From sequence record DRR378314_541: 36,412 nucleotides of DNA. The stretch is one strand, 5' to 3'. The notes beneath the pieces are model-generated. The model searched no databases and was not told the origin of the DNA. It was given only the letters and a program-made list of their open reading frames with translations. The position numbers and the translations under genes were made by a program. Of this stretch, positions 9,127 through 19,213 are shown piece by piece; the stretch's first letter is position 1; the number at the start of each line of letters is the position of its first letter.

Positions 9127-10157
9127 TGATCGCCCGCCTTGGCGAAGTCCCGCTCAAAGAATTCAAATACGAGACGTTGATCGACCGGCTCATTCGCCGC
9201 TTGGAAAAGCGCTGTCCGATAAGCAGAGGCTTCGCAGTCATCTCGGCCGACAATGGCAAATTTCGCCCGGCCGACGCAAAACGCATCAGACGCCTTCGAA
9301 AGCGTGCGGATCTTCGTGCCGTCTTCCATCTCGCCATAGACGTAATGCTCAGTTCCGCGCAGCGCCTTGTCGATTACGCGCGCGCAACCGCCGGCCTCAA
9401 GCATCCACCACCCACGGCTCTCCCAACCTTCCGTGCCGCGACGGCCAATAGCGCTCCAGATCCGTTTGTCTGTGCGATTGCACAAGGTAAATCCGACATT
9501 CCGGCCATTCTCCTTCGCCACCTGCTCCAGAAAGTCGATCAGATCGGCATCAGATGTGGATTCGGGAAGATTGTTCTCTTCCAGGAATTTCGCGATGGCC
9601 GTGCGCGTTTTGTAGCCGATACGGCCATCAATAGCGCCGGACAGAACCCCGGCCTCTTCAAGCAGGCGCTGGATGCCTGCGGCCTGTGCCATATCTGGCG
9701 AATAATTCTCGATCTCTGTAAACGTCGTGGTCCAGCGTGAGCGGCTCTTGATCTCCACAGACCGAAACCCGCGCTCTTCCAGCCCCATCGCCGTGCAGTT
9801 CGGCGGGCTTTCCAGCGAGAAGCTGCCCGTTGGGTCTACGCACAGATCTCGGCCGCCGCCCCATTCGCGCAAACCGCCGCGATGGGCTGTGGAGGTACGT
9901 CCGTAAACATAGTGAAATTTCGGATCGAGTGGCGCCTTGACGGCAATCTGACAGGATCCAGGCTGCAACTTCGTCCAGCCATCAACCGTAATTGACCCGC
10001 CAACAGGGCGGCCAACGGCCGTTTCGATGATGTAGCTGGTTTCATTGCAGAGCTTCCAGCCATCGCCGGAGGCATTCTGGGCCTGCGCCATCACAGGGAC
10101 CCCCGCCGCCGCTGCGACGAGGCCAAGACATTTAAGAAATGAGCGTACCTGCACCAT
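9123..10157 (-). CDS. Exported protein with two DUF1036-like domains flanking a peptidoglycan-binding-like domain
   Basis: Signal peptide (AQA). Two repeats of LCN.T...A(V/I)G...GW..L..G.C...YVYG...CV...F....C. Central AGIQRLL..AG...[17 protein letters not shown]. Confidence 0.75.
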   Translation of the reverse strand: MVQVRSFLKCLGLVAAAAGVPVMAQAQNASGDGWKLCNETSYIIETAVGRPVGGSITVDGWTKLQPGSCQIAVKAPLDPKFHYVYGRTSTAHRGGLREWGGGRDLCVDPTGSFSLESPPNCTAMGLEERGFRSVEIKSRSRWTTTFTEIENYSPDMAQAAGIQRLLEEAGVLSGAIDGRIGYKTRTAIAKFLEENNLPESTSDADLIDFLEQVAKENGRNVGFTLCNRTDKRIWSAIGRRGTEGWESRGWWMLEAGGCARVIDKALRGTEHYVYGEMEDGTKIRTLSKASDAFCVGRAKFAIVGRDDCEASAYRTALFQAANEPVDQRLVFEFFERDFAKAGDQ

Positions 10158-11028
10158 GTTCGGTAAATAGCTCCATGAGCAGGGCGTGTGGTGCACGCCC
10201 ATCGAGGATTACTGCCGCCCCAACCCCATGTTTTACGGATTGGGCCGCCGTTTCAAGCTTCGGAATCATGCCACCTGCAGCTGTGCCATCCGCGATGAGG
10301 TCCGGAATCGCGTCCACCGCAATCTCGCGCATCAATTTCTTGTTCTTGTCCAGAACACCAGCCACGTCCGTCAGCAGGAACAGGCGGCTCGCCCCAAGGG
10401 CCGCCGCAAGCGCACCCGCGGACGTGTCGGCATTTACATTATAGCGGTGCCCATCCTTACCCACGCCGACTGGCGCGACCACGGGAATGAGTTGTGAGTT
10501 GGACTTGAGCAAGGCATCCAGCACGCTTGTGTCCACTGCGCTTGGCTCGCCCACGAAACCGAGATCAAGGACCTGCTCAATGTGACTGTCCGGATCGCGT
10601 TCGGTCTTTTGGGCCTTCTCCGCCTGGATCAGGTTGCCATCCGAGCCCGACAGGCCAACCGCCTTGCCGCCAGCCTGATTGATGGCCCGCACGATGGATT
10701 TATTGATCGGACCGGACAGGACCATCTCGACGACTTCCATCGTCGCTTCGTCGGTCACGCGCAAACCACCCTTGAACTCCGACACGATGCCGAGACGATC
10801 AAGCAGCTTGCCGATCTGCGGGCCGCCGCCATGCACGATGACAACATTGATGCCGAGCGTCTTCAGCAAGACCACATCCCGCGCAAAGATCGCCGACAGG
10901 CGCTCGTCCACCATGGCGTGGCCGCCATACTTCACGACAATTGTCTTGCCGGCGTAGCGCTGGATATAGGGCAGCGCTTCGGAAAGCGTGCGGGCGGTGA
11001 ATTGCGCGTCTGAAATCTGGTCTGTCAT
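10132..11028 (-). CDS. argB: Acetylglutamate kinase
   Basis: [41 protein letters not shown]. Confidence 0.97.
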   Translation of the reverse strand: MTDQISDAQFTARTLSEALPYIQRYAGKTIVVKYGGHAMVDERLSAIFARDVVLLKTLGINVVIVHGGGPQIGKLLDRLGIVSEFKGGLRVTDEATMEVVEMVLSGPINKSIVRAINQAGGKAVGLSGSDGNLIQAEKAQKTERDPDSHIEQVLDLGFVGEPSAVDTSVLDALLKSNSQLIPVVAPVGVGKDGHRYNVNADTSAGALAAALGASRLFLLTDVAGVLDKNKKLMREIAVDAIPDLIADGTAAGGMIPKLETAAQSVKHGVGAAVILDGRAPHALLMELFTEHGAGTLIS

Positions 11029-11073
11029 GGGCGCCCCTTTAGCGCGGGTTTGCCGACAGGACAAATGCGAATC

Positions 11074-11535
11074 CTAGAGCGCCCGATGCATGTAGACGCT
11101 GTTCGGATCCAGCGTGTAGCCGCCAAAAGGGGGGCAATAGTCGAAGCCATAAACTTCATAGAGTTTGCGGGCAGGAATGAAGCCGTCCATCGAGCCGGTT
11201 TCCAGATAGAGCGCTGAGTAATTGCGCCGCGCCGCTTCGCTGAGAATGAACTCCAGCATCTGGCGCCCATACCCCTTCCCCCGCATGTCAGAACGAGTGT
11301 GCATGGACTTCACTTCGCCTGCCCCATCCGGCAGCGCCTTCAGCGCGCCGCAGCCGACAAGCGTCTCATCCTCCCACATCGACCAGACTGTCACTTCGGG
11401 CACGCGCAAGCCTTCAGCGGGCAGGAAATGGCAACTCCCGGGCGGCGATTGAGAAAGCATCAGATCGGCGTGCGCCTGGAGAAGCGCCAACATCTCGTCG
11501 CTGGAGACATCATCTTCGCAAATTTGAATGGCCAT
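11074..11535 (-). CDS. GNAT family N-acetyltransferase
   Basis: GCGALK, GEVKSMHT, RGKGYG acetyl-CoA motif, LYLETG, ARKLY..YGF; GGAGG upstream. Confidence 0.9.
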   Translation of the reverse strand: MAIQICEDDVSSDEMLALLQAHADLMLSQSPPGSCHFLPAEGLRVPEVTVWSMWEDETLVGCGALKALPDGAGEVKSMHTRSDMRGKGYGRQMLEFILSEAARRNYSALYLETGSMDGFIPARKLYEVYGFDYCPPFGGYTLDPNSVYMHRAL

Positions 11536-11589
11536 GCGGGAGAACCTCCAGTTGCAGATCACGGCAACTCTTTACCCAGAGACGACCCC

Positions 11590-12231
11590 TTATTCCAGCC
11601 CGGTTATTTCGGCTCTCAGTTCAGGAATCCCCCACCCCTTTTCAGACGAGGTCTGGCGTACGACAGGATGGGCCGCGCCGCGCTTCTTGAGCTTGGTGGA
11701 AATCTTGTCGACCAGCGCATCCACTTCAGACTTCTTGATCTTGTCGACTTTCGTCAGCACTATCTGATAGGTCACAGCCGACTTGTCGAGCATGTTCATG
11801 ACCTCTTCGTCCGTATCCATCAGGCCGCGGCGGGAATCGACCAGCAGGAAGACACGTCGCAACGAGGGCCGCCCACGCAGATAGGACCGCGTCAGCCTCA
11901 TCCAGCCCTCAGCCTGGGTTCGGCTGACCTTGGCATAGCCAAAGCCTGGCAGGTCGACGAGGTACATGCGGCCTTCGCCAAGATCGAAATAGTTCAGCTC
12001 TCGCGTGCGTCCGGGCTCTGCGGACGACCGCGCCAGTTTCGCCCGGTTGGTCAGCGCGTTGATAAGTGATGACTTACCGACATTTGAACGGCCCGCGAAG
12101 CACACTTCGGCACGGTCTGCAGGCGGAAGACCTTTCAGGTCCACCACGCCTTTGACGAACTCGACAGGGCCGGCAAACAGGACGCGGCCAGCTTCGAGCG
12201 CCTCTTCACTGAAGCCACCATCCATATCCAT
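11590..12231 (-). CDS. yihA: Ribosome biogenesis GTP-binding protein YihA/EngB
   Basis: FAGRSNVGKSSLIN, PGRT, DLPGFG, TKVD. Confidence 0.96.
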   Translation of the reverse strand: MDMDGGFSEEALEAGRVLFAGPVEFVKGVVDLKGLPPADRAEVCFAGRSNVGKSSLINALTNRAKLARSSAEPGRTRELNYFDLGEGRMYLVDLPGFGYAKVSRTQAEGWMRLTRSYLRGRPSLRRVFLLVDSRRGLMDTDEEVMNMLDKSAVTYQIVLTKVDKIKKSEVDALVDKISTKLKKRGAAHPVVRQTSSEKGWGIPELRAEITGLE

Positions 12232-12235
12232 CGGC

Positions 12236-14062
12236 TTAATCCGTCGCTTTTGCCTTGCCGCCGAACAGCCGTTTCACGAACTTGCCGATCTCGGTCTCGA
12301 CGCCGTTCCGGCGCATGATGAAATATTGCTGTGCAAAGGACAGCAGGTTCGACCACACCCAGTACATGACGAGACCTGCCGCAAAACCGCCGAATACGAA
12401 CATGAAGACCAGCGGCATGGCCTGAATGATACGGCGCTGGGTAGGGTCCGGTGGCGGCGGGCTCAGCGTCTGGATCGCTGCCATGGTCACACCATACAGG
12501 ATCGGCAGAATACCGATGCCAATGATAATGCCGAGGATCGGGATGGATTTGATGTCCGCTGCCGACCAGAACGGGATCAGGCCAAACAAATTGCCGATGG
12601 CCGTCGGATCCGGCGCAGACAGGTCACGCAGGAATCCGAAGGATGCGTGGCGCATTTCGATGGTGACATAAAGTGTCTTGTAGAGCGCGTAGAAGATCGG
12701 GATCGTGAACAGGATCGGCAGACAGCCCCCCACCGGGTTCGCGCCCTCCTGCTTGTAAAGCTTCATGATCTCTTGCTGCTGGCGTTGCGGGTCGGCCTTG
12801 AAGCGTTCCCGGATCTCCTGCATCGGCTCCTGCAGCTTCTTCATCTTTGCCATCGATTTGTAGCTCTGATTGTAGAGCGGCACGAGCGGCAACTTCACCA
12901 AAACCGTGAAGGCCAGGATCGCCCAGCCAAACGAGCCCACGATGCCGGACAGCCATTCCAGCGCGTAGAAGAAGGGCTTGGTCAGGAAGAAGGCCCAGCC
13001 CCAGTCGATGGCATCGACCATGCGCGGAATGCCCAGATCATTCTGGTAGTGCTGAAGTACGTCAAACCGCTTGGCGCCAGCATACAGGCTGTTGGATACG
13101 GTCTGGCTTTCACCCGCCGCCAGTGTGATCGGCGCAGACTCTGTGCGCACTTCGAGCGGCCCGCCACGTGACAGTTTCCGCTTGTCTACCAGGCCGGCAA
13201 AGAACGCGTCCTGTTGCGGCACCAAGGCGCCCAGCCAGTACATGTCTGACAGGCCCCACCAACCGCCCTGGCTGGACGGGAACGTGCCCTCGCTGGTTTC
13301 ACCCTTGATGTCCTTCAACTGGAACAGCGGTTTGTACTTTTTCAGGCGCAGCTCGTTATCCACCACACCCATAAGGCCCATATGCGCGAGCCCGCCTTTG
13401 GAGGATGAGCCAGGATCTGTGGTTTCGAGGAATTGCTTGTAGTCGCCATGACGCTCAATCGAGCCGATGGCGCGCACTTCGCGGGGCTCTCCGGAATTGT
13501 TCGTCACCGTGTCAGTGAAGGTGAACAAATAGTCTTCATCAACAGAGATCTCGCGATCAATTACCAGGCCTTCAGACTCGAGGCGCAGGGTGAGCGGATT
13601 GCCGGGCGTCAGCTGCCCTTCTCCCACCTGCGTCCAGTTCGAGTTGCGGCCAGCCACCAGTTTCGAGCCGTCGGCCCAGTACCAGGTTGCGAAATAGCCG
13701 AATTCGGAATTCTCTGGGCGAAACAGGCGAACTTCCTGTTCCTTTTCGACGGTCAGATAATGCTTTTTGAGGCTGAGATCGTCGATGCGTGAGCCAGCCA
13801 GCCGGATCGACCCATCCACAGACGCGGCATCAAATGGCACGCGGGCGTCATCTTCCAGAGCTTCCTGAACCGGTTTGATCTCGGCAATCGCCGGGGCGTC
13901 GGAAGACACGACCGGACCGGTTTGCTGTTCGGCTTCGCGGACGGCCTGATTGGCTTCGAACTCTTCCTGCGCAGGCTTCATGATGAAGGCCTGATACGCA
14001 AACACAAACGCAATCATTGCGACCATGGCGATCAGAAAATTGCGCTGGTCTTCTTTTTCCAT
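12236..14062 (-). CDS. yidC: Membrane protein insertase YidC
   Basis: N-terminal TM and periplasmic domain, then IDWGW, SMAKMK, NPVGGCLP, DLSAPDP, YWVWSNL..QQ. Confidence 0.97.
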   Translation of the reverse strand: MEKEDQRNFLIAMVAMIAFVFAYQAFIMKPAQEEFEANQAVREAEQQTGPVVSSDAPAIAEIKPVQEALEDDARVPFDAASVDGSIRLAGSRIDDLSLKKHYLTVEKEQEVRLFRPENSEFGYFATWYWADGSKLVAGRNSNWTQVGEGQLTPGNPLTLRLESEGLVIDREISVDEDYLFTFTDTVTNNSGEPREVRAIGSIERHGDYKQFLETTDPGSSSKGGLAHMGLMGVVDNELRLKKYKPLFQLKDIKGETSEGTFPSSQGGWWGLSDMYWLGALVPQQDAFFAGLVDKRKLSRGGPLEVRTESAPITLAAGESQTVSNSLYAGAKRFDVLQHYQNDLGIPRMVDAIDWGWAFFLTKPFFYALEWLSGIVGSFGWAILAFTVLVKLPLVPLYNQSYKSMAKMKKLQEPMQEIRERFKADPQRQQQEIMKLYKQEGANPVGGCLPILFTIPIFYALYKTLYVTIEMRHASFGFLRDLSAPDPTAIGNLFGLIPFWSAADIKSIPILGIIIGIGILPILYGVTMAAIQTLSPPPPDPTQRRIIQAMPLVFMFVFGGFAAGLVMYWVWSNLLSFAQQYFIMRRNGVETEIGKFVKRLFGGKAKATD

Positions 14063-14115
14063 CTGGCGGGATCCCGGCAAGTCTGGTCAGCACGCCGGAA
14101 GCGGCGGCATCTGGG

Positions 14116-14484
14116 TTAATCAGCGGCGAGGCTTATCAGCGCGCTTTCCATATCGTCAAGCAAACGCGGCCACGCAATGTCAGCGGTGTCTTTACGGGCA
14201 ATGAAGACATAATCCCAGCCCGGTTTGCCATGCTGCGGCAAGAGAACACGCGCCGCTTCGCGCAGGCGCCGTTTGCAGCGGTTACGAATGACGGCATTTC
14301 CGATCTTCTTGGTCGCGGTAAAGCCTTCGCCCATATGCGCACTACCGTCCGCGCCCTTGCGCCGTCTGGCCTGCACCAGAAGGGATTTGCGCCGCTCGGT
14401 CTTGCCGTGACGCACATAAACGAATTGAGGCCGCACGCGCATGCGTACGACCTCAAATTCAGACTCGTGTGTCTCGCGGGTCAT
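14116..14484 (-). CDS. rnpA: Ribonuclease P protein component
   Basis: GFTATKKIGNAVIRNRCKRRLRE (RNR motif); located between rpmH and yidC. Confidence 0.95.
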   Translation of the reverse strand: MTRETHESEFEVVRMRVRPQFVYVRHGKTERRKSLLVQARRRKGADGSAHMGEGFTATKKIGNAVIRNRCKRRLREAARVLLPQHGKPGWDYVFIARKDTADIAWPRLLDDMESALISLAAD

Positions 14485-14526
14485 GGCCTCTGCCGCCTGC
14501 AATCAAGCGGTCCCTGGCCGGCCGTC

Positions 14527-14661
14527 TTAAGCGGTCAGCGACTTGCGGCCCTTGGCGCGGCGACGTGCCAGCACCTTGCGGCCATTCTTGGTCGACATAC
14601 GCTCGCGGAAGCCGTGAGTGCGTTTGCGGCGAAGATTGCTGGGCTGGAATGTGCGTTTCAT
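14527..14661 (-). CDS. rpmH: 50S ribosomal protein L34 (not in the ORF track)
   Basis: Manual translation: [44 protein letters not shown] (44 aa). Confidence 0.98.
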   Translation of the reverse strand: MKRTFQPSNLRRKRTHGFRERMSTKNGRKVLARRRAKGRKSLTA

Positions 14662-14753
14662 GGGTCTGCTCTAAAAGCTAAGTATCTCGGAAAGAGGGGC
14701 CAATACAGGCAGCACAGCCCTGAAGTCAAGCCGCAGCCTCAGCCAGTTTCGCA

Positions 14754-14769
14754 TTAAATCCGCTTCAAC
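14754..14769. promoter_or_regulatory. Possible CtrA-binding site
   Basis: TTAA-ATCCGCT-TCAAC, one mismatch to TTAA-N7-TTAAC; GANTC site at 14797-14801. Confidence 0.4.
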
Positions 14770-14849
14770 CGGTCTGGGGCACTTTACATCAGCCTTGAGT
14801 CTTGGGAACTCTCCCACAGGTGGCGGGGTGCAGATATTTCAGAGGTATC

Positions 14850-16037
14850 ATGCGGTTTCCACATATCGTTCTTGCCAGCCTGAGCGCGATTCTGGCCTTC
14901 TCGGCCCCGGCAACAGCTCAATCGATTGATTATGAGCGCCTTGATGCACGCCTCTCCAGGCTGGCAGCCGATCAGGATATTGTTGGTCTGTCCGTTGCCG
15001 TGATTGATCAAGGCGAGATCGCATTCTCCAAGGGGTATGGCGTCACCGAAGCGGGCGGAGCCCCCGTGACAGACGAAACCGTGTTCCGCTGGGCGTCCCT
15101 CTCCAAAGGCGTGGCCGCCACCGAAGTCGCCATCTTGGCAAGCCAGGCTCGCCTGAACATTACTGACCCTGTCTCCAAATTCGCGACCACCCTGCGCCTG
15201 CCGAATGGCGGAGAGGCGAAGGCAACGCTTGAAGACGTGCTGTCTCACCGGCTGGGCATTCTGCCAAACGCCTATGACACGCGCCTTGAGGATGGCTGGG
15301 AGGCCGCCGACATTCGCACCAGTCTCCGGTCCCTGAAAGCCATCTGTCCGGTTGGGGACTGCCACACATATCAGAATGTGGCCTATGACAGCATTGCCGA
15401 AGTCATCGAAGACGTGACGCAATCGCGCTATGCAGACGCCGTAGAGGCATCCGTCTTCAAACCAATTGGCATGGTCACGGCAAGTATTGGCCGCGCCGGA
15501 CTGGAAAGCGCCCCCTCTTGGGCTAAACCGCACTCGAAACGCAGCCGCGATCTAGGCCCTCCTGATAAGAAGATCGTGAATGACGATTACTATCGCGTCC
15601 CTGCAGCGGGCGGCGTGAATGGCTCGATCCGAGACCTCGCGCTTTACGCCCGCGCGCATATGGGCCTTTTGCCGGAAGTGCTCAGCGACTCCGCCCTGGA
15701 CATGCTTCAGGCGCCCCGCATCTATACCAGTCGAGAACAATCCAGCATGTCCCGGCGCTATAGCGGGACGGTACGAGACGCACGTTATGCGCTCGGCTGG
15801 CGGGTCTACAAATATGGAGAGCCCGGCTACCGCGTTGTTGGCCATCGCGGCGCGGTGGAGGGCTATCGCTCCTACATCCTGTTCGACCCGGAACGCGACA
15901 CGGGCGTGGTCATTCTCTGGAACTCCAGCTCCCGCAAGCCAAACGGGATCGGATTCGAAGTCATGGACATGGCTTATAACCTGCCCTTCCGCGACTGGAT
16001 GGAGCTTGACGGTGAAGTCACAGCGGGCAGTCACTGA
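14850..16037 (+). CDS. Exported serine hydrolase, beta-lactamase class C/AmpH-like family
   Basis: Signal peptide (ATA-Q); FRWASLSK (SxxK), LSHRLG, YQN (YxN), GHRG triad. Confidence 0.9.
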   Translation: MRFPHIVLASLSAILAFSAPATAQSIDYERLDARLSRLAADQDIVGLSVAVIDQGEIAFSKGYGVTEAGGAPVTDETVFRWASLSKGVAATEVAILASQARLNITDPVSKFATTLRLPNGGEAKATLEDVLSHRLGILPNAYDTRLEDGWEAADIRTSLRSLKAICPVGDCHTYQNVAYDSIAEVIEDVTQSRYADAVEASVFKPIGMVTASIGRAGLESAPSWAKPHSKRSRDLGPPDKKIVNDDYYRVPAAGGVNGSIRDLALYARAHMGLLPEVLSDSALDMLQAPRIYTSREQSSMSRRYSGTVRDARYALGWRVYKYGEPGYRVVGHRGAVEGYRSYILFDPERDTGVVILWNSSSRKPNGIGFEVMDMAYNLPFRDWMELDGEVTAGSH

Positions 16038-16146
16038 CGCTAGGCTCACGCGCCTGTCAGCGCAGCGCACGCAGACGTGACGGGATTTCCGGGAGCCCTT
16101 GGCCTATGTGGTGGTCTCCATAGTCCAGCCACATACCCGATGCGTC

Positions 16147-16926
16147 ATGCTCAAATTTCTATCCCTGCCCCGAATTCTTGCCAGCATCGCCCTTGCGACA
16201 CTTCTCACGCAACCAGCCCTGGCCCAGTCGGACGATGACTGGACGCGATTGCTTGAGACCTATGTGACAGAGAGCGCAGATGGCGTGAATCGCGTGGACT
16301 ACCAGGCCCTGGCAGGCAACGAAGCGGATCGCGCCGCGCTGGATGCCTATATCGCCGGTTTCGAAACCCGGGACCTTTCCACCGCCGGTGACGCAGAATT
16401 CGCGGCCTGGGCCAACCTCTACAACGCCGTCACGGTCCGGCACATTCTTGAACGCTATCCGCTGGGCTCGATCCGGGATGGTTATGTTTTTGGCGGCCCC
16501 TGGAAAAAGGTTTCCGTTTCGGTGGGCGGCGATGACGTCTCCCTCGACGCGATTGAGCACGACATTCTGCGTCCACGCTTCAAGGACCCTCGGGTACATT
16601 ATGCTATCAATTGCGCGTCCTATGGCTGCCCGAACCTGCCAATTCGTGCGTGGACAGCAGACACACTTGATGAAGATCTGGATGCGGCCGCGCGGGCCTA
16701 TGTCAATCATCCACGCGGCGTCAGCGTGTCTTCCCGTGGGCTGACGGTGTCTTCGATTTACAAATGGTTTCAGGCTGATTTCGGCGGATCGAAAGATGGC
16801 GTTATCAATCACCTGCTTGAATACGCCGAACCCGCCCTTGCAGAAAAAATTCGCACTAATCCCAAAATTCGCGGCTATGAGTATGACTGGTCGCTCAATG
16901 ACACCCGGACGGACCCCGCCCAATGA
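16147..16926 (+). CDS. DUF547 domain exported protein
   Basis: Signal peptide (ALA-Q); VDY..L, WANLYNA, SLDAIEH.ILR, DPRVHYAINCASYGCP, SSIYKWF..DF, YDWSLN. Confidence 0.9.
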   Translation: MLKFLSLPRILASIALATLLTQPALAQSDDDWTRLLETYVTESADGVNRVDYQALAGNEADRAALDAYIAGFETRDLSTAGDAEFAAWANLYNAVTVRHILERYPLGSIRDGYVFGGPWKKVSVSVGGDDVSLDAIEHDILRPRFKDPRVHYAINCASYGCPNLPIRAWTADTLDEDLDAAARAYVNHPRGVSVSSRGLTVSSIYKWFQADFGGSKDGVINHLLEYAEPALAEKIRTNPKIRGYEYDWSLNDTRTDPAQ

Positions 16927-17666
16927 CTGACGCAGCTGACACAAAATCAAAGCCGATCTGGCTCCGCCTCTGGCCGCTCTACCTGATTGCCGGCGGCCTT
17001 GTCACAGCCTGGGCATTCGGCCTGTTCGACTATCTGTCGCTTGAGACCCTGCGCCAGCAACAGGCTGCGCTTCGCGCTTTTGTAGAGGACAATCTGATCC
17101 TCGCCATCGCCGCCTATATCGGAATCTACACCGCCAGCACGGTCTTCATGCTTCCAGGCGCATTGTGGATCACGATCACAGGTGGCTTCCTGTTCGGTCT
17201 TGCAGGCGGCACTCTGGCCACGGTCATTGGCGCAACGTTTGGCGCGAGCCTGCTTTTCCTCGCCGCGAAGACATCTCTTGGCGGGTTCATGCGCAAGATT
17301 GCGAGCGGCTATGCGGAGAAGGTCCGCACCGAGTTCCAGAACAGTCCGATGGCATACATGTTTGCCATGCGCTTCATCCCCGCGATGCCGTTTCCCGTCG
17401 CCAACATCCTGCCAGCCATCCTCGGTGCGAAATATCGCGACTATGCCATTACCACCGCGCTTGGGATCGTTCCGGGCGTTGTTGCGTATACATGGGTAGG
17501 TGCGGGCCTGGGCGCGACATTTGCGAAGGGGGAAGATCCCGATCTCGCATCGGTCTTCCAGAACCTGCTGCCCGCCGCCATCGCGCTTGGGGTCGTTTCC
17601 CTGTTGCCGGTGGCATGGAAGAAATTCTTTCCAAAGAAAGCCAACCAGATTGAAGAGGCCGCCTGA
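16923..17666 (+). CDS. TVP38/TMEM64 (DedA/VTT superfamily) membrane protein
   Basis: LPGA..ITITGGFLFG..G....GATFGA, RFIP..PF..N, TALGIVPG; ATGA overlap with the DUF547 gene. Confidence 0.9.
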   Translation: MTDAADTKSKPIWLRLWPLYLIAGGLVTAWAFGLFDYLSLETLRQQQAALRAFVEDNLILAIAAYIGIYTASTVFMLPGALWITITGGFLFGLAGGTLATVIGATFGASLLFLAAKTSLGGFMRKIASGYAEKVRTEFQNSPMAYMFAMRFIPAMPFPVANILPAILGAKYRDYAITTALGIVPGVVAYTWVGAGLGATFAKGEDPDLASVFQNLLPAAIALGVVSLLPVAWKKFFPKKANQIEEAA

Positions 17667-19198
17667 TGACAGATCTCGCTGACCAGAATGCCCGCGCCCC
17701 GCTTGGCGGCTCCGCCGACCCAGACAAGATCGCCACTTCCCCTGCCCCACACGCGGCCGGCACCGCGCCAATGAGAGAGATGACCGCCGACCTTGTCGTG
17801 ATCGGCGCTGGCTCTGCCGGACTATCCGCCGCCGCAGGCGCCGCTCAGCTGGGCCTGTCTGTCGTGCTCTACGAAAAAGGTGAAATGGGCGGAGATTGCC
17901 TCAACACAGGCTGCGTGCCGTCGAAAGCGCTGCTCAGCGCGGCAAAGGCCGCCGCAGAGATTCGCGATGCCGGCAAGTTCGGCATCGAGACGACGCCTCC
18001 CCGGATCCACTGGGACAAGGTCAAACAACACGTCAACGCCTCCATCGCCACGATTGCCCCGGTCGACAGCCAGGAACGATTTGAAGGCCTCGGCTGTATG
18101 GTCATCCGTGAACATGCCAAATTCGCCGGTCCGGACACGATCATTTCCCCAACCACCCGGGTCAAGGCTCGTCGTATCATCATCGCCACAGGCTCACGCG
18201 CCTTCATTCCGCCTATCGAGGGGCTGGCAACCGTCCCCTATCTGACGAATGAAACGATCTTCAGCATTCCTGAAATGCCGAAGCATCTGATCATTCTGGG
18301 CGGCGGCCCCATCGGCATGGAAATGGCGCAGGCATTCACGCGCCTTGGCGCAAAAGTCACGGTCGTTGAAATGGGCAAGGCGCTGGGCCGGGCGGACCGC
18401 GATCATGCCGAAATCGCCATCGAAGCGCTACGCGACGAAGGTGTCACGATCCTGGAAGGCTACAAAGCCACCAAGATTGAACAGGACGGGGAGGCGATCC
18501 GTGTCCTGACCGAGCCGAAAGGCGGTGAAGCCTGGACGCTTGAAGGCTCCCATCTGCTTGTTGCGGTAGGTCGCCAGACCGTATTCGAAGGCATGGATCT
18601 CGAAGCCGGTAATGTAGATCATGACCGCAAGGGCATCATTGTAGGCGATAATCTGCGCTCCAAATCGAACAAGCGCGTCTGGGCACTGGGCGATGCCGCA
18701 GGGCGTGAGCAATTCACACATATCGCCGGTTGGCACGCCTCCGTCTTTACGCGCCGCGCCTTCTTCAAACAGGGCACCAAGGCAGACAGCCTGCCCGTAC
18801 CAGCCGTCACCTACACGTCCCCGGAAGTTGCTCAACTCGGCATGACGGAAGCCGAAGCCCGCGAGAAGCATGGCGACGACATCTCGGCGCCGAGCTTCAA
18901 ATTCGAGGAAAGCGACCGCGCCATAGCGGAGGCAAACACCGAAGGCGAAGTGAAGCTGATTGTACGCAAGGGCAAACTGCTTGGTGCGTCCATTGTCGGC
19001 AAGGATGCCGGCGACCTTATCCAACTCGTCTCGGTCGCCATGTCGAACGGGCTTGGTGTAAAGGATCTGACGAATTTCATCTCGCCCTACCCGACCCGCG
19101 CCGAGGGCGTAAAGCGCGCCGCCAACGCGCACTATGCCGACGTGGTGTTCGGCAAGAGCGCAAGGCTGCTCGTCAGCTTGCTCCAGCGTATTCCGTAG
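17666..19198 (+). CDS. FAD-dependent pyridine nucleotide-disulfide oxidoreductase (MerA/LpdA-like, class I)
   Basis: GAGSAG, GGDCLNTGCVPSK redox disulfide, ATGS, GGGPIG, ALGD, C-terminal PYPT; TGATG overlap with the upstream gene. Confidence 0.92.
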   Translation: MTDLADQNARAPLGGSADPDKIATSPAPHAAGTAPMREMTADLVVIGAGSAGLSAAAGAAQLGLSVVLYEKGEMGGDCLNTGCVPSKALLSAAKAAAEIRDAGKFGIETTPPRIHWDKVKQHVNASIATIAPVDSQERFEGLGCMVIREHAKFAGPDTIISPTTRVKARRIIIATGSRAFIPPIEGLATVPYLTNETIFSIPEMPKHLIILGGGPIGMEMAQAFTRLGAKVTVVEMGKALGRADRDHAEIAIEALRDEGVTILEGYKATKIEQDGEAIRVLTEPKGGEAWTLEGSHLLVAVGRQTVFEGMDLEAGNVDHDRKGIIVGDNLRSKSNKRVWALGDAAGREQFTHIAGWHASVFTRRAFFKQGTKADSLPVPAVTYTSPEVAQLGMTEAEAREKHGDDISAPSFKFEESDRAIAEANTEGEVKLIVRKGKLLGASIVGKDAGDLIQLVSVAMSNGLGVKDLTNFISPYPTRAEGVKRAANAHYADVVFGKSARLLVSLLQRIP

Positions 19199-19213
19199 GC
19201 TAGGTCAGGCAGT

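Noticed and set aside
12005-13171. 388-aa + strand ORF, and similar long shadow ORFs (27613-28560, 28611-29591, 29860-31062, 23950-24858)
   Set aside because: Antisense to well-supported genes and without motifs; expected in GC-rich coding DNA.
14063-14115. yidD between rnpA and yidC
   Set aside because: The gap is only 53 nt; absence of yidD here is unremarkable.
14662-14849. oriC/dnaA next to rpmH
   Set aside because: The divergent gene is a serine hydrolase, and I saw no DnaA-box cluster.
17666-19198. Calling the reductase merA or lpdA
   Set aside because: No C-terminal Cys-Cys pair, no NmerA domain and no mer genes; it also lacks the HPTxxE motif and any 2-oxoacid dehydrogenase context.
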